Source of the DNA: Piromyces finnis finn | Lineage: Eukaryota; Fungi; Neocallimastigomycota | Direction: 5' to 3' | NCBI GenBank assembly: GCA_002104945.1 | Contig: MCFH01000009.1 | Span: 434,001-498,000, forward strand | Length of the DNA: 64,000 nt | In this document: positions 39,619 to 54,624 of the stretch, piece after piece | How the letters are laid out: every line of letters starts with the position of its first letter | Numbering within the stretch: the stretch's first letter is position 1 | The notes under the pieces: model-generated | The model's input: only the letters and a program-made list of their open reading frames with translations | Databases searched by the model: none | What the model was told of the DNA's origin: nothing | Program-made: the position numbers and the translations under genes

Positions 39619-40891
39619 AAACAATTTAAATTCTTAAATTAAAAAGATTTTCCGTTTGGCCAATTCCTTTTTCAGAACAAACTTCTATACCATTCTATAA
39701 TTATGATATTTTTACTGCTGAAGATAATAAGGTTTATATTATAAGTTTTTATTATATGTAATATGTATTAAATAAAAATAGTGATATTAACAATCAAACA
39801 ATAATTGTCTTTAATAATTCCATTTTTAACACAATTAAAGAGGCAAGAAGATTTAATGTTTAAAAAAGCGTTAGATAATGACATATATTTTACAGATACA
39901 TTAAAAGAAGAAACTAAAGCTTTCATAGGAGAATACTGGAAAAAAATTAATCATCAAGAAGATTTTGAATATAATGAATTAAAAAAGCTCGAAAAAAAAG
40001 AAAAAGAATTATTAGGAAATGATAGCGATAATATTAGTCAGGATAATGATGAAGACACCAATAAAAATGATTTTACATTACTATCTGATGAAAAAGTAGC
40101 CATAATACAAATGGAAGCATTAAATAAATTAAATAAAGTTATAAATCATATGGTTATGGAACAATCGTTCACTAATCGTTATAGGTAAACTAATAAATAC
40201 TTTTTATTAGTAATTAAAAATTATGATAATGATGATTAATATTTTGGTTACAGAAAGTAGAAAATTTAAAATAGTAATAAAAATAATAATAGTAATGGTA
40301 TTATAAAATTTATTTTTTTTTTTTATTATATAATTTAGAAAGTCATTATCTGACTTTATTGGTATTAATAATTCTGGAAATATTATCTCTCATGCACTTA
40401 TTTCAGGATTACCATTAGAGTAAATTTAATAGTTCTTATTTAATATAAATAAATAGAGTACCAAATTATTATAATCAATAAAATTTGTTATTAATTATAA
40501 TAAATATTTAAATTTTTTTCTCAACAGAGTTGTTAGAAATACCCTTAATCGTATGATAGATATAACAGGAAGAAATGGTAGTAGTATTAGTATCTATAAA
40601 AAACTAGATGAGTATATCAAGGGATTGGAAAAAGAGGAAGAAGATGAAGATAGTGAAAGTAAGACTGATGATGAAATTTCAACAAATCAAAATAATGAAG
40701 ACAATGAAGACAATGAAGACAATGAAGATAATGAAGATAATGAACTGGATGATTTAAAGGATTTAAAGGATTTACTAGGGAAATGTACTTTAAGAAAATA
40801 CGGAAATGCTTTGAAAAAGATTAAAGTTAAAAAAAGTTTAAAGGACACAATGGAAAATAATAACGTGCTAAGTTTTTATACTTTTAAATAA
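38586..40891 (+). CDS. Nuclear protein with Lys/Glu-rich N-terminus; tentatively Rrn9-like (Pol I UAF), 5 exons
   Basis: ORFs 38586, 39805 and 40553 are linked by in-frame GT-AG introns; spliced motifs LSSHY...RFSVWPIP and IISHALISGLPLEVVRNTLNRMIDITG. The gene is solid; the name is tentative. Confidence 0.5.
39535..39616. repeat. (TAT)n microsatellite inside intron 1 of the 38.6-kb gene
   Basis: Perfect trinucleotide run of ~27 units. Confidence 0.97.
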
Positions 40892-41529
40892 ATTCAATAC
40901 ATTTAATCTTTTTTGCCATTTTATTTTTGAAAAAAATTTTTTTTTTTTTTTTGTATTATACTTTTTTATAATACAAAATAGATACCTATTTTTATTTATA
41001 TACTTATTTATTCAAATTCATTTTTAAAAAAAAACATCTATTATAAGATATAAGATAATATAAACTTTAAATAAAGGTTTTATATAATAGAGTATTGTAG
41101 TTTTTATTTTTTAACACATTATAATGTTTAATAAATAAATTTTTGAAAAAAAAAAAAAAAAAAAAAAAAAGGAAATCTGATGAAGTATTATTATTATTAT
41201 TATTATAATTTGAAGATTTTTATTTAATCTGTTTATGTTTAAAAATATTTGGTTATGGTTATGCCGAAACAACTTTTTTTTTTTTTACAATAAAACTTTA
41301 TATAATAATTTTAAAATTTAAAGTTTATTTAAACTTTTTCATGATATGTAAAAAAAATATTGCCAATCTATAAACCATAAATTCATAAACAAAAAAATAA
41401 AACTTTTTTTTTTCTAAAAAATAAAATATTATATTAAAACACAAAAGAAAGATATTAATAAAATATAATTAAAAAAGAATATTATAAATACAATAAAATA
41501 TTTTTATATTCATTCTAATATATGCAATA

Positions 41530-42925
41530 ATGGCAACAAAAGCAAAGAAAAAGCCGAGTAGTTCTAGTAGTAAGAAAAGTAGCACACCAAAATCACCAAA
41601 ATCGAAATCTGGAAAAGGAAAAGGAAAAAAAAAGGCATCTTCAAAAAAAGCTGAAACACCTAATACAGAAGTTGTAAAAGCCCCAGAAATTACATATTAT
41701 GAAGAATTGATGAATACTGGAAATCTAGAAGTTATAAAAAAAGTTAATAGAATAAAAGAAGGTATAATTCGAAAAAAAAAAAAAAAAAAGAGTATTACAA
41801 ATGAAAACAAAATATATTAAATTTCATTGAACAAGGATTATACAATAAACGAGGCTAAAATCTAATATTTCGTATATTATTCATTTTTAGCATTTAGTTT
41901 ATTTGATACCGCTCAAAATGATACATGCGATGGTAAATATATATTATATTATATTATTATTTTTAAAGATTGGAAACTAAATATATATATATATTATATA
42001 TTAATATTTATTTCAATATTTTTAACATCTTTACTTTTTATATGAAATTAAATTTATTAAATTAAAACTACAGAAAGAGAGGTTGGAACAATCATAAGAT
42101 CTTTAGGTATATATCCTAATGAAGCACAACTTCAGGATTTAATAAAAGAAGTAAGACTTTACTACAAATATGTTTTTTCCTTTTTTTTTTTTTTTTTTTT
42201 TTAATAAATAATTTTGTTAATATGAATGTTTAAAAATATTAATGTTTGAATTAATATGGAATTTTAGATGTTAGATGAAAAACAACCAGGTTTTGTTGAT
42301 TTTAATAAATTTTTAAGAGCAATCTATAAAATATATCAAACTCAATATCTTCCAGCAGATGATAATAAACTATGGAGAGTCTTTAAAGTAAATATAATAA
42401 TACTAATAATTTTAAAATCCTTACATAATATAATTACTAATGAAATGTAATTGTAAAACTTAAAGGTTCTCGATCCAGAAAATAGAGGGTATTTAACAAA
42501 AGAAGAACTCTTTGGTTTTTTAACAACTGAAGGTGAACCATTTACAGAAGAAGGTAAATTAATAATTATAAAAAATACTGGATTATTAATTTAAAATGAA
42601 TGTTTATAATATTTTAATTTAATTCTATTAAATTAAAATAAAATAATATATTAAAAAAATTTTGGTTCATATCCTTATTAAACATGTATCACTTTTATAT
42701 TTACCTAAAAAACTATTAGAATTAGAGTCAATAAAAACATCTTATTTAAATAATGATGAAGAAAGATTTATGTATTCAGGTTAGTTTTAACTCAATTTAT
42801 ATACATATATATAAATATATATAAATGATTACTATAAAATAATTAATATTTTAAATTTAATGTTATTAATAAAATAAATAGATTATATAAAAGATATATC
42901 TAAACTTAGAAAAAAATTGCATTAA
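41530..42925 (+). CDS. DRC8: Dynein regulatory complex subunit 8 / EF-hand protein EFCAB2, 7 exons
   Basis: Spliced: IKEAFSLFDTAQNDTCDEREVGTIIRSLGIYPNEAQLQDLIKEMLDEKQPGFVDFNKFL...LWRVFKVLDPENRGYLTKEELFGFLTTEGEPFTEEELE; closely parallels remembered EFCAB2 (REIGTIIRSLG..P.E..L.DLI.E; EGEPFSQEE). Confidence 0.88.
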
Positions 42926-44240
42926 AATCCCCTTCCATAATGATTTAGAATACAAAATAGAAAATTAAATTATCAATCATATATTGTCATATTAAAAACA
43001 AATCCATCATGAAATATTGAGTATATGATATTTATATACCCTTGTATAAAATTTATGTTTTTTCCATAAACTAAAAACTATTAATATTAATCAGTAATAA
43101 AAGTATCAATAAAAACTTTTTTGTTTGTTTGTTTGTTTGCTTATTTGTTTGTTTGTTTGTTTCCTTTTAATTTAATTTTATTATAATTATTCAATAAAAT
43201 ACATGTTTTTTTTTTTTTTTTTTTTTTTTAATATTAGATCTTTTAACTTTATCTTATTTATTTGTTATATTTGAAATAATATTTTAAACATTTAAATTGT
43301 TGTTTAAATTTTCACTTTATTTTATCTATATATAATAATCTCAATTGAATTTCTTCTTTTTAATTATGCCAACACTGAATGCTATATTTAATTAAACACT
43401 AAGATAAATAAAAAATGTTTATACTGAAAGATGAAATTTTTATTTTAACATCTAAATCCATAAAAATTTAAAAAATTCTACTTTAATAATACCAACAACG
43501 ATACTTTAATTTTATGTAAATTGTAAATATAAATAATAATATTATTATTAATATAATAAAAAGTTTTTTTATTAAAGGAATTAAGAATATTGTTAAAAAA
43601 TAGTTTATTTTTATTTTTACCTAGTTTTTTACCAAGCTTTAAATATTAAATATTTGATAAAAATTACATACTTAAAATACATTTTTTAATTTAAAAATAA
43701 AAATATTAAATTTATTTTTAATTTATTTTATTTGGATATATCATCCATATTTTATAATTACCTTTAAAAAAAAAAAAAAAGTAATAATAAATTTAAAGAT
43801 ATTTATATAATTAATAATTAAAAAAAAAAAAAAAAGAGCTATTAATTAAAAAATATAAAAGCAAATTTAAATTAATAAAGCAGTTATTGTTTTTTATTTG
43901 ATTTTATTGTCTTTTATATTATTTTTCTCTTGAAAAATTGAAATAGTTATTAAATCACTAAATTATTCATATTAAAAAATTAAATAATATTAATAATGTA
44001 ATTAGAATTCAATTTTTCAATTTATATAAATTGTATTTTATAATAATTAATAATGATAAGAATAATAATAATTAACAATATCCTCTTTTTTTTCTAACTA
44101 CTTTGTTTATTTATGTTATATATTTAATTTTTTAAAAAAAAAAAATAATATATAAAAATAGTTATCAATAACAAATAAGAAATTTGGAATATTATCTCAT
44201 TAATAGCAAAAAATAATTAAATTAACAGGGGTTAAAAAAA

Positions 44241-45732
44241 ATGTTTACCTGGAGTAATCTACAAATAATAATTGATGATCATATTGATATTCTATTGAAT
44301 AGATTAATTAAAGATGATGTTTTTGATGGTTTCGTTGCTCCAAGATTAAAGGAATATTACAAAAATATTTTAACTTGGTTTTTAATTTTTTCTGTTTTAT
44401 ATTTATCTTTGAACACATTCTTTAAAAATGTTTGGAAAAATAAATATTACCTCAAATTAAGCAATTATAAAAGAAAAGATTGGAATTCAAGAGTTGTTGC
44501 TTTCATTCATGCAATTATCGTTTCACCATTCTGTATATTTTTAATTTGTAAATTCGGATTTCCTTGGGATAAAAATGAAAATGACTACAGTGACAAAGAA
44601 ATTAATATATTCTATAGTACTATTAGTATTTCTATTGGGTATGTACTATTTTAATTTTTGTAATATTTTACTAATTTTTATTTAAATTTTATTTGCTTTA
44701 TTTGAATATAAAATTTATATGTTTAAATTTTAATACTTCATGTAGAATTACTCAAGTATTAAAATGAAATAAAAATATTAAATACAATATACAGAAAAAT
44801 ATTTAACTAATTAAAATATGTAAAATTTAGATACTTTATGTGGGATATTATCTATAGTGTAGGAGATTATAAAAAAGGAGGAATAGGATTTGTTATTCAT
44901 GGTTTCGGCGCCTTCTTAATTTATATCTTTACTTTTGTAAGTCAAACTATATATATTCATAATAACCACAAATATTTTAAATGAAACTTTCTTTTATTAA
45001 ACTTATTTATTATTGATTTTATTATTGATTTTTTAAATTAATCATTTTTAGAAAAGCAATGTTCTTGGTCATTACGCCATCATGTATTTAATCTATGAAT
45101 TTAGTGTAAATTAATAAGTTTCTTTTTTTCTTAAGTTTTATATAATTATAAATCTTTAATATCTCAAGTAATTAATTAAATTTTATTCAATTTTTCTTTA
45201 TAGACAATCTTCTTACATACTTACTGGGTTTTCGATAAAATAGATTTAACAGGATCAATTGGACAACTTATTAGTTCTTTACTTTTATTAGTAACATTCT
45301 TTACTGTTAGAATTGCCATTGGAAGTATTTTTATTTTTAAATTGTTACGTAAGTATATTTATATATTAATTAAATAAAGATTAATATGTATTTTTTTGCT
45401 ATTTATCAATGAGTCATTAAATGTCAATATATTATTATATATTATTATATAGATGATATTATTTTTGATCGTGAAGTTTGCTCTGTATATCTTAGTTTAT
45501 ACTTTGTATTAAACATCATTCCAATGCAAACTTTGAACTATATCTGGTTCTACAAGATGATTTATTGTAAGTCAACATTATAAATTGCATATAATATATT
45601 TCCTAAAATTAAAGAAAAAAAAAAACTAATACTTTTATATATTTAATATATTTATTTAAAGCCATTTTCAAACATTTCGAACCAAGCAAAAAACCAAACC
45701 ATGAATCGAAATCAGTTAAAAAAACTAATTAA
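44241..45732 (+). CDS. TLC (TRAM/LAG1/CLN8) domain membrane protein, TMEM56/Tda4-like, 7 exons
   Basis: WNSRVVAFIHAII, SIGYFMWDII, GFVIHG, YEFSTIFLH.YW.FDK..LTGS, VTFFTVRI, NYIWFYKMI. Confidence 0.88.
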
Positions 45733-46010
45733 GAAGAAATATCATGATATTAATTATAAAAAAGCAACTAGCAAACCTAATATTTCATAGTTAGTTTTAT
45801 TTAATGCTCCCTATTTTATTATTTTTTATTTTTATAAATTATTTATAATTTCATAAATAATTTGTTAATTTAATGGTATTAATTAATATAGTTAACAATT
45901 ATTATATAAAAAATGATAAAGTATACTATGTAACAAGTTTTTTAAAATTACGAGAAAAAATTAACAAATAAAAAATATATAAATATAAAAATATTAAATG
46001 AAATTATTCA

Positions 46011-46041
<31 letters not shown>

Positions 46042-47276
46042 TTCTTGGATAATACATATATAAATTTAGAATATATTAATTCAAATTTTATATAATAAAA
46101 TATTTCAAGTAAAAAAAAAATTTATTGTTGGTGTTGTTAGTCTATAAAATCTTTCTTATAAAAACTAGAAAAAAAAAAAAAAAACATATCCAAAGATATT
46201 TCAAATTAAAATCATAAGCTATACACAGTATTAAATAAATAATAAATAAAACATATATAATAATTTAATTTATATATAAGGTATAAATATTACAACGGAA
46301 AATTCATCATTTAAAATTTAACTATATTGAAAAATTTCATGAAATTTCAATGAATTTTATCAAATAATATTATAATCAATGTAGATTATTATAATACAAA
46401 TAAAATAATAGGATATATTAAGTAAAGATAAAAATAAAAGTATAAGTAAATAAATAAATAAAACTCAAAATTTAATTAACGCCAGCAAGCAAAAAAAAAA
46501 AAAAAAAAATACATTGAAATTTTAATTAATTATAAAAAAAAAAAAAAAAATCTCGGATTAATAACCAAACAAAACAAAATGTTGTATGGAAGTAGATCTC
46601 ATTAATAAGATTTTTAATGTATATAAACTTTGAATATAAATTTTTAATAAAAATCATCAATACTATTCGATATGAAAGATAATAAAGTTATATTTATCAA
46701 ATAAACTCCATATTGGAAAAATGACCGAAAATTTTAATATTTTCCAATATGAATGTTTTAATTAAATAAAAATAAATCAAGAAAATAGTAAAAGTATTAA
46801 CAAAACTATATATTTAAATAAATCAAAAATAAATTAATAATTAAAGAAAGTGAATGTATTATTTGAAAAAATAACTGGATTTTCATTAAAATTACAATTT
46901 CAGAAATAAAGTATTATTTATATTAATTTAATTTAAAAATTATCAGTACATTCATACAATTTTTCAAAAATAATAAATAACAAATTAAACAATAATATAA
47001 ATATAAATATAAAATTACATTAATATCCATTACTTCTACATGATTAATTAATAATATATATAATATATTATCTTTCAATGTTTCAAAATATAAAACCTAA
47101 AATAAAATTTGGTTATATTGTTTTATAATGTTCTTGAAATTTCAATAATACAATATAATAATTCATATATTATTCATAAATATAGATATTTTCAAATTTT
47201 TATATATTTATTTTTAATATAATAATTAAAATTATAAATTATATTTTACAAATTAGAAACCCAAAAAAAAAAAAAA

Positions 47277-49261
47277 ATGTCTGAAGCAATTACATTACTT
47301 AGAAAAAGTATATTAGAAAAGGTTCCATATCAACTATCTAATGCAGATCACGCTAAAGTAGAAAATATTAAAGATGCAACATATGTAACAATTTTTGAAA
47401 AAGAATTTAATTTGTCTGACCCTTCTCAATATAAATCATATAACTTGGCAACAGTATTGTTTCTTTTAAAGAATCAAAATTTAGATCATTCATTATATTT
47501 TCAAGAATGTCTTGCAATTAATATTCAAGCTATTTCTATTATTGATAAAAGGGGTATTTTAGATTACTTAAATGGTCAAACAAATAAATTAGATAGTTTA
47601 GATAGTAAAGATGATGATGGTACTACCAATGAAAAGGAAAAAAGAGGAACCTCTGAAATTGAAAGTGAAGATAAAGATTCAAAAAAGCAAAAAGTAGATG
47701 ATAATGATGTTGTAAGATTCACAATGTTTATTTATAATTATTGTAGAAGTTGTTTTATATCTTTTAAATAAATATATATAAAAACCACTTTGTATAATAA
47801 CTTTATTATTAATTGTTCTTAAATTTCATAGGATATAGAAATTGTCAAAAAAATTACAGCAAGGGAAAGAACACTTCAAAATAGAAAATCAATATTACAG
47901 TGTAGAGGAACTAAAGTATGAAATAGTTTATATTAGAAAGAAATAATTATAATGGAACATATAATATAATAATAATAGCAATAAAAATTAATGTATAATT
48001 AAAATATATATTATATAAAAAAAGTCCTTTGAATCAGCACACAAAATTGCAACTGATATCTTTTTATCAAATAACAAACAAAAGGGTAAAGATGCAAGTA
48101 AGTATCAGTTTAATGATATTATCATTTTATTTTTATAAAAAAAATAATCAATACTAATATAGACACCTTATTACTATTATTTTATTATTACCATGTATTA
48201 TCACGATTTATTTAAATAAATTAATATTTCTATTAAATAGGTCAAAAAATTGCACAATTATATAGAAGTGGCTCTAAATCACGTGGTAATTTATATTGAT
48301 AGTTTACAATTATTTTTATATTTTTATAAGTATCTAATTTTATAAAATAAAATAAAATTACATAAAACTATTTAATAATGTTTATGAAGATCTTCTTCAT
48401 ACACCAATTATTATTGTTCCTTCAGCACCAACCTCACTTATAACGATGTATAATGTTTCAAAATTCTTACAAGATAAACAGTGAGTATACTTTGAAAATT
48501 CCATTTCTCCCTTCATTATTTTATTCATTTTATATTGGTTATATTGTTGGTTTAATAAGATTAATAAAATAATAATTATTAATTATATTAAATAAATAAA
48601 TAAAAAAGATTTTTAGATCCTCAGGAATGTCGTAAACAAGGAATTAAAAAGGAACAATATCTTACAATAACAAGACAAAAATCAGATGGAAGTGAATTAA
48701 AATATTATGTTGTTGATTCAGTAGATAAATTTAGAACAGAAGATTGGTAATATATAATATTTATGAAGTTTTAATATTTCTCTTGAATATCATAAATTAA
48801 ACAATTAATTATAATATGAATTTAAATAGGGATAGAGTTGTTGCTGTTTTTACTTGTGGTGCAACATGGCAATTTAAAGGCTGGAAATGGTCTAATCCAA
48901 CTGAATTGTTCTCAAAAAGTATTTATATTTTTAAATTATATTGTTAATTTAAATTTTATTATTAACATTGTAATATATATAATTAAACCTTAATAGTAAG
49001 AGGTTTCTACCTTCAATATCAAGATGATGTACTAAAAGAGCCAGTAAAAGAATGGAATGTAAAAGTATTAAAGGTAATTATTGAAATATAATAAATCATA
49101 TAAATTATTAATGTAAAGATTAAAAGCTAAAGGTATTTCAATTTTTTCAATTACATAAATAATTTGAATTAAATTAGGTTGAAAAATATAAAAGACACCA
49201 TGATATTCAAACTGTATTAGAATTTTGGAATGAATTAGACAGATATATCGGCAATCGTTAA
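47277..49261 (+). CDS. CDC73: Paf1 complex subunit Cdc73/parafibromin, ~10 exons
   Basis: [73 protein letters not shown]. Confidence 0.95.
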
Positions 49262-50247
49262 TATACTCAGATATTTATAAAAAAAAAAAAAAAAAAAAGA
49301 ATAAAATTTTTCTGAAGCATAGAATTTAATATTTTTAATTTTCTTTTTTTTTTTTTTTTTTTTTTTTTCTGATTATATTAAAAATAATTAATATATTTAG
49401 TATTAGAAGATAATGTTCATATTTATATATTCCTATATTTAATTATTAAAAATCTTAAATTTTAATTTCTTAATAAATTTATTGTTATCTCATTTAATGT
49501 TTTAATAAAATAAAGTAAATAAATAATAATAATAAATAAATAAAAATAAGTTAACGTTATAAAACGATAAAATAATAGGATATATAATAATATAACTAGG
49601 TAGAGTACGTATAATTTATAATAAAAATTAAGTAAAAATTAATATTCTGGTTAAGCTATCCTAGAATAATAAAATTTTTAAAAAGATTTTAAATTTTAGG
49701 ACAACATCAATTTTAAATGGACATTATTAATAATTATCGTTCTACTATATTTAATTAAAGCCATATCTATAATTAAATAAATATTTTTTCATGATATTAT
49801 TAGTAAATAATTAATTTAATTATTAATATTTATAATTTAAAATATCATTTTTAAAATCATTTGGTTTCATACGCCACAAAAAGATTTTTTTTTTTTTATT
49901 TAAAAACTTTGTATTAATTTCTTTACTTGAAAAAGCTCTAAATTATTTTCTCTTACATTAACAATTTTTTTTAGACTTAATCTTTAAAATTTTATTTTAT
50001 TTTTTATTAAAAGGAAAAAAGATTATTTTTATATAGTTTTTATTCTAATTAAACAAAATAGTATTTATTCGGTATTATAACTTGAAAATAATATAGTTTA
50101 TTTTTTCTCTATCATCTTATCATTTTATATAAAAAAGGTAAAATTAATACTTTTTTCAAATAACAATTATAAAATGATTAAAACAAAAATAATAATAATT
50201 AAATATATATTAATTAAATAAAATATAATTTAGAATAATAAATAAGA

Positions 50248-53242
50248 ATGGCAGCTCAATTAACAAAGAACTTTATTGAAGCATTATACAAAAATCAATT
50301 TGAAAGCTTTGGAAATCCAATTGTTCAAGTTTTAAATATCAAAAGTACTCAATCAAATACCAATAGGTATAAATTAAACATTTTCCTTATTTTTCATAAA
50401 AATACAATATTATTATTTTATTCTAACAAAATATTTAAAATAATAAAAATAAAGAGTAATTATATCCGATGGTATATACTTTATGCAAAGTAAGATTAAA
50501 ATTATACAAGTTAACTACAATTTTTTATAATAACAAATTATTAAAATAATTAAAATATTTATTTTAAAAATATTTTTAAAGCCTTAATGTCCTCACAACT
50601 TATGGAACAATCTTCCAAAGTTAGTAAAAACTGTTTAATTAAAATTAAAAAATGCATATCTAATAGACTCTCAAAAAATGGGTAATTAATAACTTTTTTT
50701 TTCATTAATTAAAAAAAATAAAATAAAATAAACGATATTTATTTCAATAATTTTAATTTATATATTTATAATATTAAAAAAATTATAAAAGTGTCGTATC
50801 TATCTTTGGTATTTTATTGGATTTCGATGTATTACCATATGAAAACTTAGATAAAATCGGTAATCCAAGAAATATTCAAGAAGTTTTTCCACCTCAAACA
50901 ATTATGGGATATGATAATTCTAGTAATCCAAGTCAAGGCCAGTCTGAACAAAATAATAAACCAAATAATTTCAATAATATTAAAAATAATAATAATAATA
51001 ATAATAATAGCAACAATAATAATATGAAAAATCAAAATATTTTCCCAATTAAAAGTTTAAGTCCATATCAAAATCGGTGAGTTTTGTTTAATACTCTCAT
51101 ATACTTACATAAAAATGATATTTCTTCAAATAATAATAACCTAAATAACTTTTATTATAAATAAAGTTGGACTATCCGTGCTAAAGTCATAAGTAAAAAT
51201 GACATTAAAACTTGGAACAATGCACGTGGTTCTGGAAAACTTTTCTCTACTGTTTTTATGGATAATTCTGTAATTATATTATTGTTATAATTTATTATAT
51301 GTAAATAGTTAATGTTCCTAAATATTCTAAATTTATATATTATATTAATAAAATAGAGTGAAATTAGAGCAACTGCATTTAATGATGCATGTGATAAATT
51401 TTATGATTTACTTCAAGAAGATCAAGTAAATATAACAATAATTATAAAAATAGAATATTATTATTTTTAAGGATATTAAACATTTAAAATAATTTTTATT
51501 TGGAATAATTCATAGGTTTATTATATTTCAGGAGCTAACATTAAGGTTGCCAACAAGCAATTTAATAATGTTAAAAATGAATATGAAATGTACTTAGATG
51601 CTAATACAAACATAACATTAGTTAGTATTATTTTAAATAGCTATAAAAAGAATATTGATAAATCAATAATTATTATTAACAATTTTAATTAAACTATTTT
51701 CTTCAGTGTAACGATAGTAATCAAGAATTAAAAATGCATTATTCATTTATTCCAATTAATCAATTAGAAGCAATTGATAAAGATTCCATTGTTGGTAATT
51801 TGAATGAATATTTTAAATTTTCAAAAATATTTCTTAGTATAATAGATTTCAATTTTTATATTAAAGTTATTTTAAAAAATTTTGTAAATAATAAAAGATG
51901 TTATTGGTGTAGTTGACCAAATGGGAGAAATTGTTCAAATAACTTCAAAAGCAAGCAATCGTCCAGTAAGTACAATTAAATATAAACATAAAAATTAAAG
52001 TGGGTTTCAGATACTAATAAAAATAAAAATAATTAATATATATGAATAATAATTTTAAAGATCAATAAGCGTGATGTATATATTGTCGATGATTCTGGAT
52101 TTAAAGTTAGACTTACATTATGGGCTAAGCATGCTGAAGATATGAGATATGAAGATAAACCAGTTGTTGCTTTCAAAGCAGTAAAAGTTAATGATTTCCA
52201 AGGAAAGTCAATTTCTACTTTATCATCTAGTATTATTTCTTTCAATCCAGATATTCCTGAAGCTCATAGAATATCTGGTTGGTATTCTCAAAATAACGAT
52301 GGTAATTATCAAACCTTTTCTAATATGGGTTCATTCAATGGCGGTGATGTTCAAAAAACAAATGTATATAAAACTTTACAACAAATAAAAAATGAAAACT
52401 TAGGAAGTGAAAAGGTAAATATATTCTAATAATTTAGTTTATATTTATTTTAATTCTTATTATAAATCATATTCTTACTATTTATTATTATATATTATTC
52501 CAATATATTTAAATTTTTATGATAATTTCTAACAACATAATCGTTAAAAAAAAAAAAAATAGGCTGACTATTTCAATATTGTATCCACCGTCGTTTTTAT
52601 AAAAAAAGATAACTTTGCATACCCAGCTTGTCCAGGTGAAAATTGTAATAAAAAAGTAATTGAAGAAGATGATCTATGGCGTTGTGAAAAATGTAATAAG
52701 TCATACCCAGAACCAGAATACAGGTATGATAAAATAAAATATAGTTTGAAAGGTTTAAAAACTCGATAGAGAAAATAATTATAAACTAAACATTTATATT
52801 TTTTTTATAGATATATTTTATCTTTAGATGCATTAGATCACACCGGAAATCAATGGTTAACATGCTTTAATGAAAGTGCTGAAAAATTATTAGGACACAA
52901 AGCTAAGGAACTTCAAGAAATTAAAAATTATGATGAAAATGAATTTAATAAAATTTTTGATGACGTTAGCTTCCGTCAATATGACTTCCGTATTCGTGCC
53001 AAAATTGATACATATAATGTAAATAATAAATATAATTTATTTAATATAAATAGCGCTACTTTTAAAAAAAAAATTGTACCATTGTAGAAAAGATATTAAT
53101 ATTTTTTTTTTATCTTTAAATAAAACAGGAAGAATCAAGGCTTAGATGTAATATCATAGATGTTAAACCAATTAATTTTGAAATTCAAATTAAAAATAAT
53201 ATTGAAGCTATTGATAAATTAATGAATGAATTACAAATATAA
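50248..53242 (+). CDS. RFA1: Replication protein A 70 kDa subunit, 13 exons
   Basis: [74 protein letters not shown], Zn finger [34 protein letters not shown]. Confidence 0.97.
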
Positions 53243-54624
53243 ATTTAATTATTCAGAATTTTACAATTTTAATTTTAAACCTCATATACAGTATACATTA
53301 TTTTATTACAGTTTATTAATCTATTATTATTTTTTTTTTTATGAAAAGTTTCAATTAATCTTATATATATGTATATACGCATACTTTAATTTATCATTAT
53401 ACATATTATTTTATTAAGTATTCTCTTATATTTTGTAACTATTTTCTAATGATATTTAAAATAAAAAAATAATAAATACAAATATTACTAATATAATTTT
53501 ATTTAGTTTGTTATTTATAGATTATAATAAATTGATTGTTTTTGGTTATTGTTTTTTCAATTATAATTTAATAGATAAATACTAACATGGAAATAATATT
53601 TGAGAAATAAAAGTTTTTTCATTAATCTCTTTTTTTTCATTATTACTATTTCATTTATTCTATTCTTAAACAAATTAAAAATTATACAGAAACATTGGTA
53701 GAGAATTAATTTAATCGAAATTAATATGAGGATAATCTAAAAGTTTAATTTATATTTACTATTTATTACTACCAACCATTGAAAGAGAATATATTAAACA
53801 CTTGAATTTATTTTTTGTCACACCTTTTTACTAATTTTTATTTTTTCTTTTTTATCATTTTTATCCTTTTTTTTTTTATTTAAAAATAATAAAAGTAAAT
53901 TAAATGAGAAAAATCTAAATAGAGAAGAAAGAAAAAAAAAAAAGTAAAGAAGTAAAAATTAATAATAATAATAAATGGATATATATATATTTATTAATTA
54001 AATAAAAAATATATATATTCATTATTCATTAGACTAATAAATATATTAAAATTTAATTTTGAAATTAGCAAATTTCATTCAATTTTTAAACAAACTCTGA
54101 AAAGAAAAAATAAAATAATTATTATTTTGTAAATGTAAATGAATATAAATAATAAAAAAAAAAACAATTTCATAGAGCTCCTTTTAAAAAAATAATATTT
54201 ATTCTTTATATTTTCCAATAATTAAAATCTTTATTTTTCAACAAAAAAAAAAATAAATAAAAGATATATATAAAAATAATATGATATAAACATAAAATAC
54301 AATTCTCTTATTTTATCACAGTAACAAAACATAAAATAAAATAAAAAAAAAAGGAAATAAATAAATATTACTTGTATATAAATCATAATAATATATATAA
54401 CAAATTCTAATATAATTGTCTACCTTTCAATAGAATTAAGTAAGCTTTAATAATAAATAATAAATAAGTATATTAAATATATAAATGCATATAAAATTAT
54501 ATTTTTTATAATCATAAATAATAATAATCATTATGAAATTAATTATAATTCATGTTATATTCAATTCTACATAATTAAATTTTAAAATAAATAATACAGT
54601 TTTAAAAAACGTAATATAATCTAT

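Noticed and set aside
46579-46600. TGTTGTATGGAAG resembling the 5' end of U6atac snRNA
   Set aside because: The match is only ~9 nt and the rest of U6atac (AAGGTTAGC, stem-loops) is absent.
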